NCBI GenBank assembly: GCA_017456495.1
Contig: JAFTJI010000099.1
Location: forward strand, 1 to 50,314
Length of the DNA: 50,314 bases
Origin: Lentisphaeria bacterium
Lineage (GTDB): Bacteria; Verrucomicrobiota; Lentisphaeria; Victivallales; UBA1829
Reading direction: 5' to 3'
Numbering within the stretch: position 1 is the stretch's first letter; every line of letters starts with the position of its first letter. The position numbers were made by a program, and so were the translations under genes. Positions 49,544 to 50,314 of this stretch are shown here, one piece after another. The notes under the pieces were generated by a model that saw only the letters and a list, made by a program, of their open reading frames with translations, was not told the DNA's origin and did not search any database.

Positions 49544-49993
49544 TTAGCGTTTCAGCGTGAATAAAATATTTTCATTCACCATTTTGCTGATGACTTTATT
49601 GTTCTTGTCCCGTGCTTCAAACATAATGTACAGAGACATTCTGTAGTCTCCTGCGGGCCAGTTTTTGGTATCTTTCACAAGCACATAATCTGCGGGGATT
49701 TTCCAGATCCAGTTCATGATAAAAACGCTGCTCCACTCTTTCATTTTGTGGGGAGTGATCTTGTTTCCGGTAACTTTGGCAAAGTCAGAGGGAAGATTCG
49801 GAACATAAGCCACCAGTCTCCATGCCTTGGGCACATAACCTTCCGGACATTTCCATGCAAGTTTAATCTTCAGCGGAGTACCAGCCTGGATCACCGCCGG
49901 AACAGCAACAGGCTGAAGTGAAAATGCTTTTTCTTTTCCATACAGCCCCATGACTGCGCAACACAAGATAAGACCGATCATCATTCTTTTCAT
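49544..49993 (-). CDS. Secreted hypothetical protein
   Basis: RBS GGAGG before ATG at 49993; signal peptide MKRMMIGLILCCAVMGLYG. Confidence 0.7.
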   Translation of the reverse strand: MKRMMIGLILCCAVMGLYGKEKAFSLQPVAVPAVIQAGTPLKIKLAWKCPEGYVPKAWRLVAYVPNLPSDFAKVTGNKITPHKMKEWSSVFIMNWIWKIPADYVLVKDTKNWPAGDYRMSLYIMFEARDKNNKVISKMVNENILFTLKR

Positions 49994-50050
49994 GACTGAA
50001 CCTCCATTTTCAGATTTGGTACTTTTTTCTGTCATATAACATCTTAAGAG

Positions 50051-50157
50051 AATCTTGACCCACTCAAGATTTTATCTTTCCAGCATATTATATCACAAAT
50101 TAAAAATATTGTCAATTATTTTTGAAATATTTTTTTAATATTTCTTGACCCACTCAA
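50051..50157. promoter_or_regulatory. Two copies of a palindromic operator TCTTGA-CCCAC-TCAA
   Basis: AATCTTGACCCACTCAAGATT (50051-50071) and TCTTGACCCACTCAA (50143-50157), upstream of the 49993-41484 operon. Confidence 0.65.
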
Positions 50158-50173
50158 AAATCGTGTTATATTA

Positions 50174-50314
50174 AGAGGTAATTTCAAAAGTCCGGCAAAA
50201 TTTGGCTGAAAAAAGATTGTTGATGAGCTGAAAATGGTAGTTTGAGTGTGGCTACCCGCAGGGTAACCACCGAAAACGCTCCATTTTACAGGGCGCAACA
50301 AGGATTTTCTGACA
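50174..50314. mobile_element. MITE-like element, copy 2 (inverted, clipped by window end)
   Basis: AGAGGTAATTTCAAAAGTCCGGCAAAATTT... is the reverse complement of 25-182 with a few substitutions. Confidence 0.75.

Overview
AT-rich bacterial window, most likely from a PVC-superphylum organism (Lentisphaerae/Victivallales-like). This is inferred from DUF1559/H-X9-DG prepilin-like genes and an Amuc_1098-1102-like cluster. Contents: (1) A ~7.7-kb prophage remnant in tRNA-Thr(CGT), bounded by 67-bp direct repeats. Its six late genes only read as intact, tightly packed ORFs if TAG is a sense codon (about 67 in-frame TAGs by manual count), while the integrase has none. Several contexts fit Glu as well as or better than the known Gln. 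(2) An IS110 element inserted at a CT core in a REP-like palindrome, with a readable bridge RNA and a promoter that forms on circularisation. (3) Pilin-like gene plus CAZyme pairs and a two-secretin pilus/T2SS-like operon. (4) Housekeeping genes (secG, ZIP transporter, der, ABC permease, formyltransferase). (5) A polyvalent-protein remnant downstream of tmRNA, carrying three antisense promoter/small structured RNA/terminator units with anticodon-like hairpins. (6) Inverted MITE copies at both window ends. All calls are from manual reading and motif recognition; no searches were run.
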